64,000 nucleotides of DNA from Bdellovibrionota bacterium. GTDB taxonomy: Bacteria; Bdellovibrionota_C; UBA2361; JBGSMV01. Of this stretch, positions 1 to 8,837 are shown in pieces. Each line of letters starts with the position of its first letter. Positions within the stretch are counted from its first letter, which is position 1. The translations under genes were made by a program, and so were the position numbers. Below the pieces are notes generated by a model. It saw nothing but the letters and a program-made list of their open reading frames with translations, searched no databases and was not told the origin of the DNA. The stretch lies in NCBI GenBank assembly GCA_041739995.1, contig JBGSMV010000009.1, forward strand, positions 1 to 64,000. The letters run 5' to 3'.

Positions 1-437
1 CGTTGCGCCCATGACTGTATTACAGCATTACTTCTATCGAAACTTTGCTCTGCAAAGATTTCGATGACGACCGGGGCATTGCCCCTGGACCCCAAGATCC
101 ACTGAAGTAACTGTGCAACAGGGCTCGAACTGACCCGCACGCGAGGGCGGGTCCAGCAATATCGCGAGTCCTAGCGCCGCCGCTAGGTGGCAAGGTACAT
201 CAGATTTTACAGATTCAGGTGCCGTCTGCGAGCACCGGGGCTTTCGGATGTCGCCAGCTTGTGGGCATCAGATAACCTGCTCCTGCGCTGAAACCTAGCC
301 CCTTCGTGCCCCTGCAGTATCCGCACATTCTCGTAATATAACGATAAGATAAGCTCGCCCGATTCGCTATATGCGATACCTTTGAAGAAAACAGATGATA
401 TCTCGATACTAGACATCTTTGAGGGTAAGATGCCCCG

Positions 438-905
438 ATGAAACTTCGCACTGCCACCCTCTTGGTTGGCCTTTTGGCTACCACGATTCCCTTGAGTTGC
501 CTTGCAGATGTTCGCATCACCGGGTTTAGTAATTTCGCGTTCGGAACTTGGGTCGGATCGGGTGATTTGCAGAATAGCGATGACCTTTGTGTTTATAATA
601 GTGCGACTAGTAATTACCAGATCACGGCGACCGGGGATGGGGTGGGGAGTGCCTTCACCTTGGACTCGAGCGGAATCCCGGTAGCCTATGAGGTGTACTG
701 GAACGATTCGACCGGAACATCGGGGAATGTTCAGCTCACAACCAATTCCACATTGCACGGACAGTCTGGGGCTAATACCTCGTCAGAAACATGTGGGGGC
801 TCAAATAATGCAAATCTTGAGATCTTCGTTCCTGAAGGAAGCCTTTCGACAGTTACCGCAGGGTCTTTCTCCGGAACCCTTACAATTCTGCTGGAACCTG
901 ATTAA
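438..905 (+). CDS. Fimbrial subunit (chaperone-usher pilin-like)
   Basis: Signal peptide, Gly/Ser/Thr-rich beta protein, Cys pair (DLCVY...ETCGG) and C-terminal pilin-like strand AGSFSGTLTILLEP. Paralogous to 5337..5912 and upstream of chaperone and usher. Confidence 0.8.
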   Translation: MKLRTATLLVGLLATTIPLSCLADVRITGFSNFAFGTWVGSGDLQNSDDLCVYNSATSNYQITATGDGVGSAFTLDSSGIPVAYEVYWNDSTGTSGNVQLTTNSTLHGQSGANTSSETCGGSNNANLEIFVPEGSLSTVTAGSFSGTLTILLEPD

Positions 906-981
906 CATTGAGGCTAGTTCAAATAAGCAGCTATCGTGAATTTAGAAAAGTATGCTGGATAGAAATTAAGGTAGAGCGGCT

Positions 982-1752
982 ATGAGACTGCGCGGTATGT
1001 TCTTTAACCGTTGTGCGGTGCGATTTCGTGCTGTGCGACTCAGCACGATGGGACTGTGTACTCTAGGATTGGCTGTGCTGAGCTGTGTACTGGTACCCCG
1101 ATTAGCGGTGGCACAGATTTCGTTGAGCGATGTGATCGTACATTTTAAAGCCGGTGAACGACCGATCCGCAATGTCACCGTCCGCAATCAATCCGAGGAT
1201 CCAATTTTCGTTACGGTTGAAGCCGATCAGGTGTTCGATCCGGGTGCGGATAAACCAGATCGAAAGCCGACGGAAAAGCTGTTGGTTGCACCAAGAATGT
1301 TCTCGATAGACGCAAACGGCGAACGTACCGTTCGGGTGTTGCTGAAACAGCCATCAAAGGAAACCGAAGAGATCTATCGCGTAAAGTTCTTGCCACAGTT
1401 AAGAGATTTTGACGTTGAAAAGGATAGCCGGCGAGTTCAAAAGACCATGATCAAAGTGCTCACCGGGATGGGAGTCCTGATTTTTTCTGATCCAGCGAAA
1501 CCGGTGTCTAAGCTCACTTGGGAACGAAAGGGAAATACCATCACGTTCACCAACGAAGGGAATCGCAACATTCGTATTTCGGAAGGTGAAGTTTGTGACG
1601 GTAGTGGGACCTGCACCCCCATCCCAGGCCGGAGAATTTACGCCGGGTACTCCTTTGAGGTGGACGCCCCAAGTGATCGAGTAGTTAAATATCTGAAACA
1701 AGATGGTTACGACGGTAACATAGAGATTATTACCGTTGACCCGGTTGGCTAG
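982..1752 (+). CDS. Periplasmic fimbrial chaperone (PapD/EcpB-like); true start may be downstream
   Basis: RNVTVRN...LLVAPRMFSIDANGERTVRVL...EEIYRVKFLP pattern and C-terminal NEGNRNIRI...C...C...RRIYAG, typical of CU chaperones. Confidence 0.85.
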   Translation: MRLRGMFFNRCAVRFRAVRLSTMGLCTLGLAVLSCVLVPRLAVAQISLSDVIVHFKAGERPIRNVTVRNQSEDPIFVTVEADQVFDPGADKPDRKPTEKLLVAPRMFSIDANGERTVRVLLKQPSKETEEIYRVKFLPQLRDFDVEKDSRRVQKTMIKVLTGMGVLIFSDPAKPVSKLTWERKGNTITFTNEGNRNIRISEGEVCDGSGTCTPIPGRRIYAGYSFEVDAPSDRVVKYLKQDGYDGNIEIITVDPVG

Positions 1753-1862
1753 CTGAACGATTTATGCTGCCAGTACCTTTCAAGCTTTGCTCGCAAGGCA
1801 AGACGGGGGACTTCCGGGCATCTTCAGTGTGCTAGAGTATAAAAGTCCTACAGTATAAAAAG

Positions 1863-2489
1863 ATGGCTCTACAAAAATTGCCCGCCATTTCTGTATTCCT
1901 CAAAACCGTGGCGGCGCTGCTACTGATTGAAACAGTAATATTCAGCCTAGACGCCTTAGCCGAACCTCCTCATACCGCAGAGCCGTCTCTAACACTGTTC
2001 AACTTTGATTCTGGCGGTGCCAAGCTGTTAGTTTCTTATATTGATGATGAAACCATTCAGGTAGACGTGAGTGCTCCTGCGGGAGGCACGCTCAGGTACG
2101 ATTATCTTGCGTTGCCACCACGGATGGTGATTGACCTGCCCGGCGTAAATTTAGCCCGCTCTCAGCATTACGACATCGGTCACCCAATGCTGTCAGCTGT
2201 TCGTGCCGGCGTTCATCCCAACCTGGCTCGATTTGTTTTCGATTGGCAGAATGATTCGACTCCCAACTATTCACCAACCGGGGATGAGCATTTTACCTCC
2301 ATTCTTATCTCACGTAAGGCAATTGATTCAGCAAGCGCTAAACGCCGAATCCGCATTCCCGCTCTACCGCGCGATGAAGGCAAACCAGTGGGCCACTCGG
2401 AGGCCGTGCAGCCGTCGGAGGCCGTGCAACAGGTGGAGACGCCTGAGGTTGATGGCTACTTAGAGCCCTCACTGCAGTCCAATGGATAG
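1863..2489 (+). CDS. Secreted AMIN-domain protein
   Basis: Signal peptide, then LPPRMVIDLPG...LSAVRAGVHPNLARFVFD (AMIN signature) and a disordered tail. Confidence 0.75.
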   Translation: MALQKLPAISVFLKTVAALLLIETVIFSLDALAEPPHTAEPSLTLFNFDSGGAKLLVSYIDDETIQVDVSAPAGGTLRYDYLALPPRMVIDLPGVNLARSQHYDIGHPMLSAVRAGVHPNLARFVFDWQNDSTPNYSPTGDEHFTSILISRKAIDSASAKRRIRIPALPRDEGKPVGHSEAVQPSEAVQQVETPEVDGYLEPSLQSNG

Positions 2490-2542
2490 GCTACTTCCTT
2501 GCCTAGCAGCCTTTTCCGAGGACAGCTAGTCTACCCGGTAGA

Positions 2543-5095
2543 ATGAGCAAATGGTTGGAGCGTCATACAAGGGGGTTCGCCCTTTGTTGCTTGGTGGTTT
2601 TTCTGAACACCACGGGGAATCTCTATGCTCAAGACCCTCCTTTCGAACCTGCCCCCGATGAGATTGAGCAGTCTCAACGACGCGACATTACCCAAGCACA
2701 AGAGGAGGCAGACGAATCTGCGGAAAAGACCCTGTTCGATCTGTATATCGGGCAACGATACTCTGGAGTGATTCTCGCCGGGTTTACGGACGATTGGTTT
2801 GAAATTGATAATCCAGCAGATGTCATCGAGCAAGCGCAGGAACAGCTTGATGCCGGCTACCAAGAAATTGAAGATTTGAGCAGAGGGAAGATCTTTGGCT
2901 CCCGGAGTGTAGAGGGGGTGGGTTCAATCAGTTACAACTTAAACACCTTTCGAATAATATTGGAGCCCGAAGCTAAATTTTTAAGTAGTACCAACCTTGC
3001 CTCACTCGGCCAGGTGCCCGATCCGGAAAAAAAACTGTCATTCCGACAAGACTTTGGGGTGAGTTCTTCGGGTGAGGTTTCCGAGGATTTTCAATCAGCA
3101 TTAGCACATCGCTCGGTTTTAGGTTTCGGTAAGTACCTAGCACAGGTAGAGGGAGCCTATATCGACGACGAGGATTACGAGCTCGACAGAGCTACGGCAG
3201 GTGGAATTATCGGGGATTACTCGTTGGACGTCGGATTGTTGCGTTCTCAAGGGCTCAACTTTGCGAGCGGGCAAGAATTCTTAGGGGCGTCGCTCAGCAC
3301 CGAAGAAGAGCTTTTTCTTGACCAAAACCAGATTCGAGGCAGTCGCGTTGAAGTGTTTATCCCGTCCCGTTCTCAAGTTGAGTATTTTCGAGGCAATCGA
3401 TTGCTTGGGGTAGAAATCCTCGACTATGGATTGCAAGAAATTAACACCTCTCAATTTCCTCAGGGGAGTTATGATTTGGACATTGTTATTACCGAAAACA
3501 ATGGCAATGTCATTCGTGAACGCCAGTTTTTTACGAAGTCGGGGTTTCTTGCTGCACGAGGTATTCCGATTATCTACATTCAAGCGGGTGTGCTTCGAGA
3601 CCAGCTGGCATTGCGCGACACCCCCCTGTATCAAACCGGAATTAGAGTGAGAGCACTCGACTTCTTGCAAGTGGAACCTTCAATTTACGGTTCAGACCAA
3701 GATACGGTGGGAGAACTCTCTCTCGTGAGCGTATACCGAGATAATGTCTTACGGATCTCGGCCGTCTACGACGACGAGGGAGCTTCTGGACTTTCAACCA
3801 ATATCTCCGGCACGCTTCCGATATCGGACATTCGATTTAATGGCTCGATACAAAGGACCTTTAACGTCGATCAGCAGAATCTGACGCCTTCCGAGCTCGA
3901 ATCAGGGCGAATCTCACAAGCTTTCAATGAACAGAATTCCATTGGGATTCTTAACGAAATCTCCGGATACTCGGCGAGCGTCTCCAAGGTGCTCGGTAAG
4001 TTCGAGCTGAGATACAAAGCAAACCGTAACGAGCGAACGGTTGATCCGAGTCCTACCCCACCGCCATCGCCGCTCAACCCAATACTGCCTCCCGTGGCCC
4101 CTCAGTCTCTTGTGACGGCGAGGTACATTTACGGGCCGGAACTCGTGTGGAATGTCCTTCAAACGGGAAAGAGCGATCTTCGATTGGTGACGTCATATTT
4201 TTCGACCGATAGCGGTGGTGAGTTCGTAAGTTATTTGAATTATCGATACAACTTTGGAGGAAACTTGAATTATCTGTCGTTGCTCCGGAATCGTTCAAAT
4301 TCTGGACAGAACGAGAGATTACTTTCTAACTCCGTTCAATATAACTCCCGCAATATTAACGAGAAGGGCACCTTTGCTGAAGTTACTAATGAGGTGCAGT
4401 ACTTCGAGTCACCAAATAAGGATACCTTCACCACTAACAGTGCACGGGTAGAGCATACTGCGGATATATTTCGAACAAATTTGTTTGTTCGAGATAAGCA
4501 GTTGTCGGATGAAGACTCTACCAGCGTCGGGTTTAACCTCTCCAGTTCGTTTATCTTCAGCGGAGACAAGTTGTCGCTTTCTTACCCAGTGCGACGGGAG
4601 TCTGTTTTTATTGCAGATATAGAGAGTAATACCACCAAAACTCCTTTTGATGTGCTGGTGAATAATTCGGTGTATGACACCATTCCTGCCGGTTCAAGTG
4701 CAGTCTTAGGTTTATACCCATACCGAACGTATGAGGTGACCGTGCGGCCCACGGAAGAAGGAGATCTTGTATCGTTCGATCAGGAGATCTACAAAATCAC
4801 CCTCTTTCCCGGAAATATCGCTCGAAGAACTTGGAGAATCGAGCGGGTGGTTATCGCGACTGGTCGCCTAGTGAATGAAGCTGGTAAGCCCATTGAATTC
4901 GAACGAATTCGTGGCACTCTAGAATATACGATTACCGAGAAGGGCGGCTCCTTTCAGGCGGAGGTGGCTGGTGGAGAGGAGTTAACGGTGCAGAGTCACG
5001 GACATGACTGCAGCTTCATGCTCCCAGTTCCGGAGGATGCTGACTATTTTGTTGACTTTGGAGACGTGATTTGTCGGAGTTTGAACGCAAAGTAA
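2543..5095 (+). CDS. Outer-membrane usher, TcfC/EcpC (alpha/CS1 fimbriae) type
   Basis: 850 aa with signal peptide. Plug motif RVEVFIPSRSQVEYFRGNRLL...INTSQFPQGSYDLDIVITENNG; C-terminal GRLVNEAGKP...C...FGDVIC. Confidence 0.85.
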   Translation: MSKWLERHTRGFALCCLVVFLNTTGNLYAQDPPFEPAPDEIEQSQRRDITQAQEEADESAEKTLFDLYIGQRYSGVILAGFTDDWFEIDNPADVIEQAQEQLDAGYQEIEDLSRGKIFGSRSVEGVGSISYNLNTFRIILEPEAKFLSSTNLASLGQVPDPEKKLSFRQDFGVSSSGEVSEDFQSALAHRSVLGFGKYLAQVEGAYIDDEDYELDRATAGGIIGDYSLDVGLLRSQGLNFASGQEFLGASLSTEEELFLDQNQIRGSRVEVFIPSRSQVEYFRGNRLLGVEILDYGLQEINTSQFPQGSYDLDIVITENNGNVIRERQFFTKSGFLAARGIPIIYIQAGVLRDQLALRDTPLYQTGIRVRALDFLQVEPSIYGSDQDTVGELSLVSVYRDNVLRISAVYDDEGASGLSTNISGTLPISDIRFNGSIQRTFNVDQQNLTPSELESGRISQAFNEQNSIGILNEISGYSASVSKVLGKFELRYKANRNERTVDPSPTPPPSPLNPILPPVAPQSLVTARYIYGPELVWNVLQTGKSDLRLVTSYFSTDSGGEFVSYLNYRYNFGGNLNYLSLLRNRSNSGQNERLLSNSVQYNSRNINEKGTFAEVTNEVQYFESPNKDTFTTNSARVEHTADIFRTNLFVRDKQLSDEDSTSVGFNLSSSFIFSGDKLSLSYPVRRESVFIADIESNTTKTPFDVLVNNSVYDTIPAGSSAVLGLYPYRTYEVTVRPTEEGDLVSFDQEIYKITLFPGNIARRTWRIERVVIATGRLVNEAGKPIEFERIRGTLEYTITEKGGSFQAEVAGGEELTVQSHGHDCSFMLPVPEDADYFVDFGDVICRSLNAK

Positions 5096-5336
5096 ACAGT
5101 GTTTGCAATTGCGGCGCAAATCGTCAAGCTGCCGAATTGATTAAATTTATTATCCAAATAATAGGCAAATTCTCGCGCTGGTCCAACACAGCGAGTACTC
5201 GTTAGCCAGTAATTCTAAAGTTTTAGTACGCAACCCACCGAATGTATATTTCAGGGAGACAAAGTCTCTCAAGCCTCGAATCGTTCCGTATGAAAAACTC
5301 GGAAGCGGGCAACCACGTATATCCTGGAGATATATT

Positions 5337-5912
5337 ATGAGTAGTAATCGACTCGCCCTCAAAAACACAGCTATGGCCGTAAGCCTGTTAGTGGTTGTAA
5401 GTGCCGGAAACGCGTTTGCAGCGTCAGACGGAACGCTTGGGGCAACGAGCTCTGGCTCGACAAACGTTTCGTTGACCGTTCCAGAACTCATTCGAGTATC
5501 GGGAATTGATAACCTAACTCTAAATCCTTACTCATCTGGAGACGTGGATCTCACCACCGATGTTTGTATTTATACAAACGATGAAGATGGACAATATGAT
5601 GTGACCATCTCCGGAGATGGAGGACCAAATCAAGCGGCGAGTTTTCAAATCGGAGATGCGGCTACTACCGATGACATGACCTATACCGCAGCTTGGAATG
5701 ACGTATCAGGAACCAACACTAACGAAACTGCAGTCACGCATGGAAACGAACTTACTGTGCAAACTGGCGCGAACACAACGAGCCAGACCTGTAGCGGTGG
5801 TAGTTCTGCTCGATTGCATATAAACATCACCGAAGCAGAAGTGTTGGCACAGGCAGCTGGTACCTACATCGGTACTATCACGATCCTCGTTGAGCCAGAC
5901 GCTTCGAACTAA
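5337..5912 (+). CDS. Probable major fimbrial subunit
   Basis: SD GGAG, signal peptide ending AFA, DGTLGATSSG N-terminus, DVCIY/QTCSGG Cys pair and AGTYIGTITILVEP end. Has its own 240-bp upstream region and a hairpin after the stop. Confidence 0.85.
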   Translation: MSSNRLALKNTAMAVSLLVVVSAGNAFAASDGTLGATSSGSTNVSLTVPELIRVSGIDNLTLNPYSSGDVDLTTDVCIYTNDEDGQYDVTISGDGGPNQAASFQIGDAATTDDMTYTAAWNDVSGTNTNETAVTHGNELTVQTGANTTSQTCSGGSSARLHINITEAEVLAQAAGTYIGTITILVEPDASN

Positions 5913-5913
5913 C

Positions 5914-5931
5914 CCGAGCCAATGGGCTCGG
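5914..5931 (+). terminator. GC stem-loop right after pilin stop (terminator/mRNA-stabilising hairpin)
   Basis: CCGAGCC-aatg-GGCTCGG perfect 7-bp stem; no U-tract because it is overlapped by the MITE end. Confidence 0.45.
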
Positions 5932-6079
5932 AGTCGGCGAGACAGCCCTATTTATGAGGGTCCGCCTTCGCTTACAGGTACCTGGGTTGCCATTTAATTC
6001 GAGGAGGCTTCCTCTTCCGCCAAGGCTGCCGAGGACAAGTCGGCGGGACGTCGTCTGTGCCTGTGTCACAGACTCCTAG
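5927..6079 (-). mobile_element. MITE-like repeat, copy 1
   Basis: Reverse complement aligns with 46118..46249: CTAGGAGTCTGTGAC-CAGGCACAGAC left end, exact core AGCGAAGGCGGACCCT and GGGCTGT...GACTCC right end. Confidence 0.75.
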
Positions 6080-6169
6080 GTTATACTGATGTTCATGCCA
6101 TAGGGGATTGAGAGCCGGTAGGTTCGCATACCGTGTCGGCGATATTGTGGTTTAACGCTTTATTTTTGA

Positions 6170-6706
6170 TTGATCCCGATTCATGTTGTACCTTCTTCGC
6201 GCTTGAAGCGAAGAGGGGAAGCATTGCTCAAAAGAATCGCACTTTGTATCACCATAGTTATCGTCGTTAGCACGACGTTGATCTACCAGGCTAAGGCGCT
6301 TGGAAATGATGGCGCCTTAGGGAAAACCTCTTCTGGGAGTGCGAATATTCTCGTTTATCTGCCTGAACGAGCACGCATTCACGAGGTAAAGAGTCAATCC
6401 GCCTTCTCCCACCCGCCTTTATCGACGTCAAGAACTCCCCAATTTTGTGTAGATCTTACCCCTGGCACCAGAAATTTTCTTTTGACCGCCCACACTTTTA
6501 CGAATTCGCGGTCATCTGATTCGCTGTTGCTGAAGGTAAACGGGGCTTCGCATAATCTCGTATTTGATACTCCAACACAGATTTCACCATACGGTGGTTC
6601 TTCAAATGAACAGTGTCAAAACGGTGCATTAATTTCAGCTGCAGCAACGCAAGGAGGCTCGGCTGTTCTATCTGGTGTCGCTCTGGTTGTCGAGCCAGCG
6701 CTCTGA
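6170..6706 (+). CDS. Minor/divergent fimbrial subunit
   Basis: Signal peptide; NDGALGKTSSGS matches SDGTLGATSSGS of 5337; Cys pair; ends LVVEPAL. Confidence 0.7.
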   Translation: MIPIHVVPSSRLKRRGEALLKRIALCITIVIVVSTTLIYQAKALGNDGALGKTSSGSANILVYLPERARIHEVKSQSAFSHPPLSTSRTPQFCVDLTPGTRNFLLTAHTFTNSRSSDSLLLKVNGASHNLVFDTPTQISPYGGSSNEQCQNGALISAAATQGGSAVLSGVALVVEPAL

Positions 6707-6976
6707 GCGGGGCCGTAGCAGAGGGATTTGCTTGTCGCACACGGGCCAAAAATAAAGAAGTTTTTTCTCTAATAAGCTTAATCGGTCGAGACTTCGCTTG
6801 TGTTCCCTTCAGGCAGCACTTTGCACTTTGAAGTCCCAATCTAGGCCTAATTCAGGATCGCAAGTCCTGATATCACTGAATCAGGGTGCTCAGCGAGTTT
6901 GAGCGGGTTCGGTACATTCTTTCGTCATGGGAAGGAACAAAGAGAGGTCGCTAAAGGAGCCAAGATATTCATCGCG

Positions 6977-7741
6977 TTAGAATAAAGTGCGGGTTCGGAT
7001 ATCCAGGAGCTTCTCCCGCATTTCTTCTTCAGCGACGGGGTTCTTAATCTCAACGTTTAAGTCACTGGTGAACTTGAGCTGGGTCCCCCATGCTTTCAGC
7101 CAGTTTACGATGGATCCACCCGTAACCAAGAGGCAAGCGCACAGGCCGAGCGCGGCGGTGGTGCCGATTGCTTGGGGCGAAGCGGCGGGGACGAGAAGGT
7201 TGCCACCATACAACGTGGCGACCGCCCACCCCAAGCCGAGTGTAGGCAGGAGGGCGATGTGTGAAATATTCTTCCTTAAATCGAGGCTCAGCTGATCTTC
7301 AATGGTCTCGTTTCGGCTATGCACCACTGCCTCTGCAGCTAAGAAGGCGAGCTGCTTGAGGGCTCCGACTGACTTCTGAGCAACACCGCTTTCGATCGCC
7401 TGTCGATCAATCAGCGCTGCATATTTTTCTACCAGCGATGTACGTGCACAAAGCACCAGTAGCGCCGAGTCAGAAAGATCTTCAGGCTCGATCTGTCCTT
7501 GCGAAAACTCAGCAAGCTCGTTACGGGTTTCGTGGAAGAATATTAGGGCTTCACTACGTGAAACATTTGGTGGAATGACGCTGAGCTCCGTCGGTGTTAC
7601 GAAGCACGGGGTGTTTAGAATGTTGCCCTCAAAAATGTTCGGAGGAGTAGTGGCCTGATGCTCGGGTGCGTATGGGTTGCGGGGCAGAGCCCCTCTCTCA
7701 GGCCTAAATCGAGAATCGGTTTGAGGAGTATTGAACAACAT
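6977..7741 (-). CDS. Hypothetical protein with two C-terminal TM segments
   Basis: 254-aa ORF with two hydrophobic stretches; no recognised family. Confidence 0.55.
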   Translation of the reverse strand: MLFNTPQTDSRFRPERGALPRNPYAPEHQATTPPNIFEGNILNTPCFVTPTELSVIPPNVSRSEALIFFHETRNELAEFSQGQIEPEDLSDSALLVLCARTSLVEKYAALIDRQAIESGVAQKSVGALKQLAFLAAEAVVHSRNETIEDQLSLDLRKNISHIALLPTLGLGWAVATLYGGNLLVPAASPQAIGTTAALGLCACLLVTGGSIVNWLKAWGTQLKFTSDLNVEIKNPVAEEEMREKLLDIRTRTLF

Positions 7742-8037
7742 ACGCCATGTGACAGCTTAAGTGAACGGCGCCAATGTACCCTAAAAATGGGATCTAAGCC
7801 TACGGCCGGAAGAGTCGCCTCGACCGGCAATCTTCAGTTGAAACAAACCCTTAAGAATTCCCCCACGAATAGAAAATAGCGGACGCTCTACTTAGAAGAA
7901 TGAGGGTCGCCACAACAGTTGGGCGATTACGGTGAATCCAAAATTTCGCCGTCGCCTCAAGCACGGACTGCTCGGATAACATGCAGAAGTTATTGCAATA
8001 TTCGCGCGCCAAAGCTAATTTGGACAGAAAATATGAC

Positions 8038-8066
8038 TAGACATATTAACTGGTCAATAGTATGCT
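8038..8066 (+). promoter_or_regulatory. Sigma70-type promoter of the phd/vapC operon with inverted-repeat operator
   Basis: TAGACA-17 bp-TATGCT with ATG 8073 six nt after the -10. Inverted repeat TGACTAG...CTGGTCA overlaps it. Confidence 0.6.
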
Positions 8067-8072
8067 ATGTTG

Positions 8073-8291
8073 ATGAAGAAGATTAATGCATCGAAATTCA
8101 AGGAGCAGTCTTTAAGTATTCTTGACGCTTTGGATCCGGAAGGACTCATAATTACAAAGCACGGGAAGCCCGTCGCAAAACTCATTCCTATTGAGCAGGG
8201 ATCGGCGTCGCTGATCGGGAGCCTCAAGGGCAGAATAAAGATTAAAGGAGATCTCCTGTCGACTGGAGTAAGGTGGAATGCTGAATCTTGA
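8073..8291 (+). CDS. Phd/YefM-family antitoxin
   Basis: MKKINASKFKEQSLSILD...LIITKHGKPVAKLIP Phd signature; overlaps the PIN gene. Confidence 0.92.
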   Translation: MKKINASKFKEQSLSILDALDPEGLIITKHGKPVAKLIPIEQGSASLIGSLKGRIKIKGDLLSTGVRWNAES

Positions 8292-8637
8292 CACCCATAT
8301 TCTGGTGTATGCTCTGGCAGACACACTGACTAAAACCGAACGAAAATTACTACGTCAGAGTGATTGGGGGATTTCCGCTATAGTGCTTTGGGAGTTAGCG
8401 AAACTCTCGCAGCTCCAGCGGTTAGAGTTGGATCTGCAATCGATCGAATTTAGTCGTCTGTTTGGACAGATAACGATCCTTCCCTTAGATATTTCCGTAG
8501 CTCGAAAGAGCACCGAGCTTGATTTTAAGAGCGACCCTGCGGACGAGATAATTGCGGCAACAAGTGTTGTACATAAGATGCCGCTTCTGACGCGCGATCG
8601 GACGATTCTAAAGTCAAAAATGGTTCCATTTGCCTAA
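8278..8637 (+). CDS. vapC: VapC/PIN-domain toxin
   Basis: LDTHIL, SAIVLWEL, DPADEIIAAT and LLTRD PIN motifs. Confidence 0.92.
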   Translation: MLNLDTHILVYALADTLTKTERKLLRQSDWGISAIVLWELAKLSQLQRLELDLQSIEFSRLFGQITILPLDISVARKSTELDFKSDPADEIIAATSVVHKMPLLTRDRTILKSKMVPFA

Positions 8638-8837
8638 CCTGCAACTTGGTCGCATCGGCGACAGTTGCGCGAGAGCCTTGCAGGCTCAAGGCGCGCGTAA
8701 GGAAATCTTCGCCTCAGTTCTCTGCCGTATCTCAAGTTATCTCGCTACCATGAATAATCGCGATGCAATCGGGGCTTCGCGGCAGTACTTCATTCGAGAT
8801 CGTTTTTAAGTTTTCCCTATAAGAGCCAATTTGCAAG

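Noticed and set aside
1863..5095. AMIN-usher frameshifted fusion
   Set aside because: The usher has its own start and signal peptide, there is a 53-bp gap, and no slippage site is evident.
5878..6069. Paralogous small ORFs MTQAQT... (also 46128..46346)
   Set aside because: The similarity is explained by the MITE-like DNA repeat. Copy 3 lacks the ORF and there is no SD.
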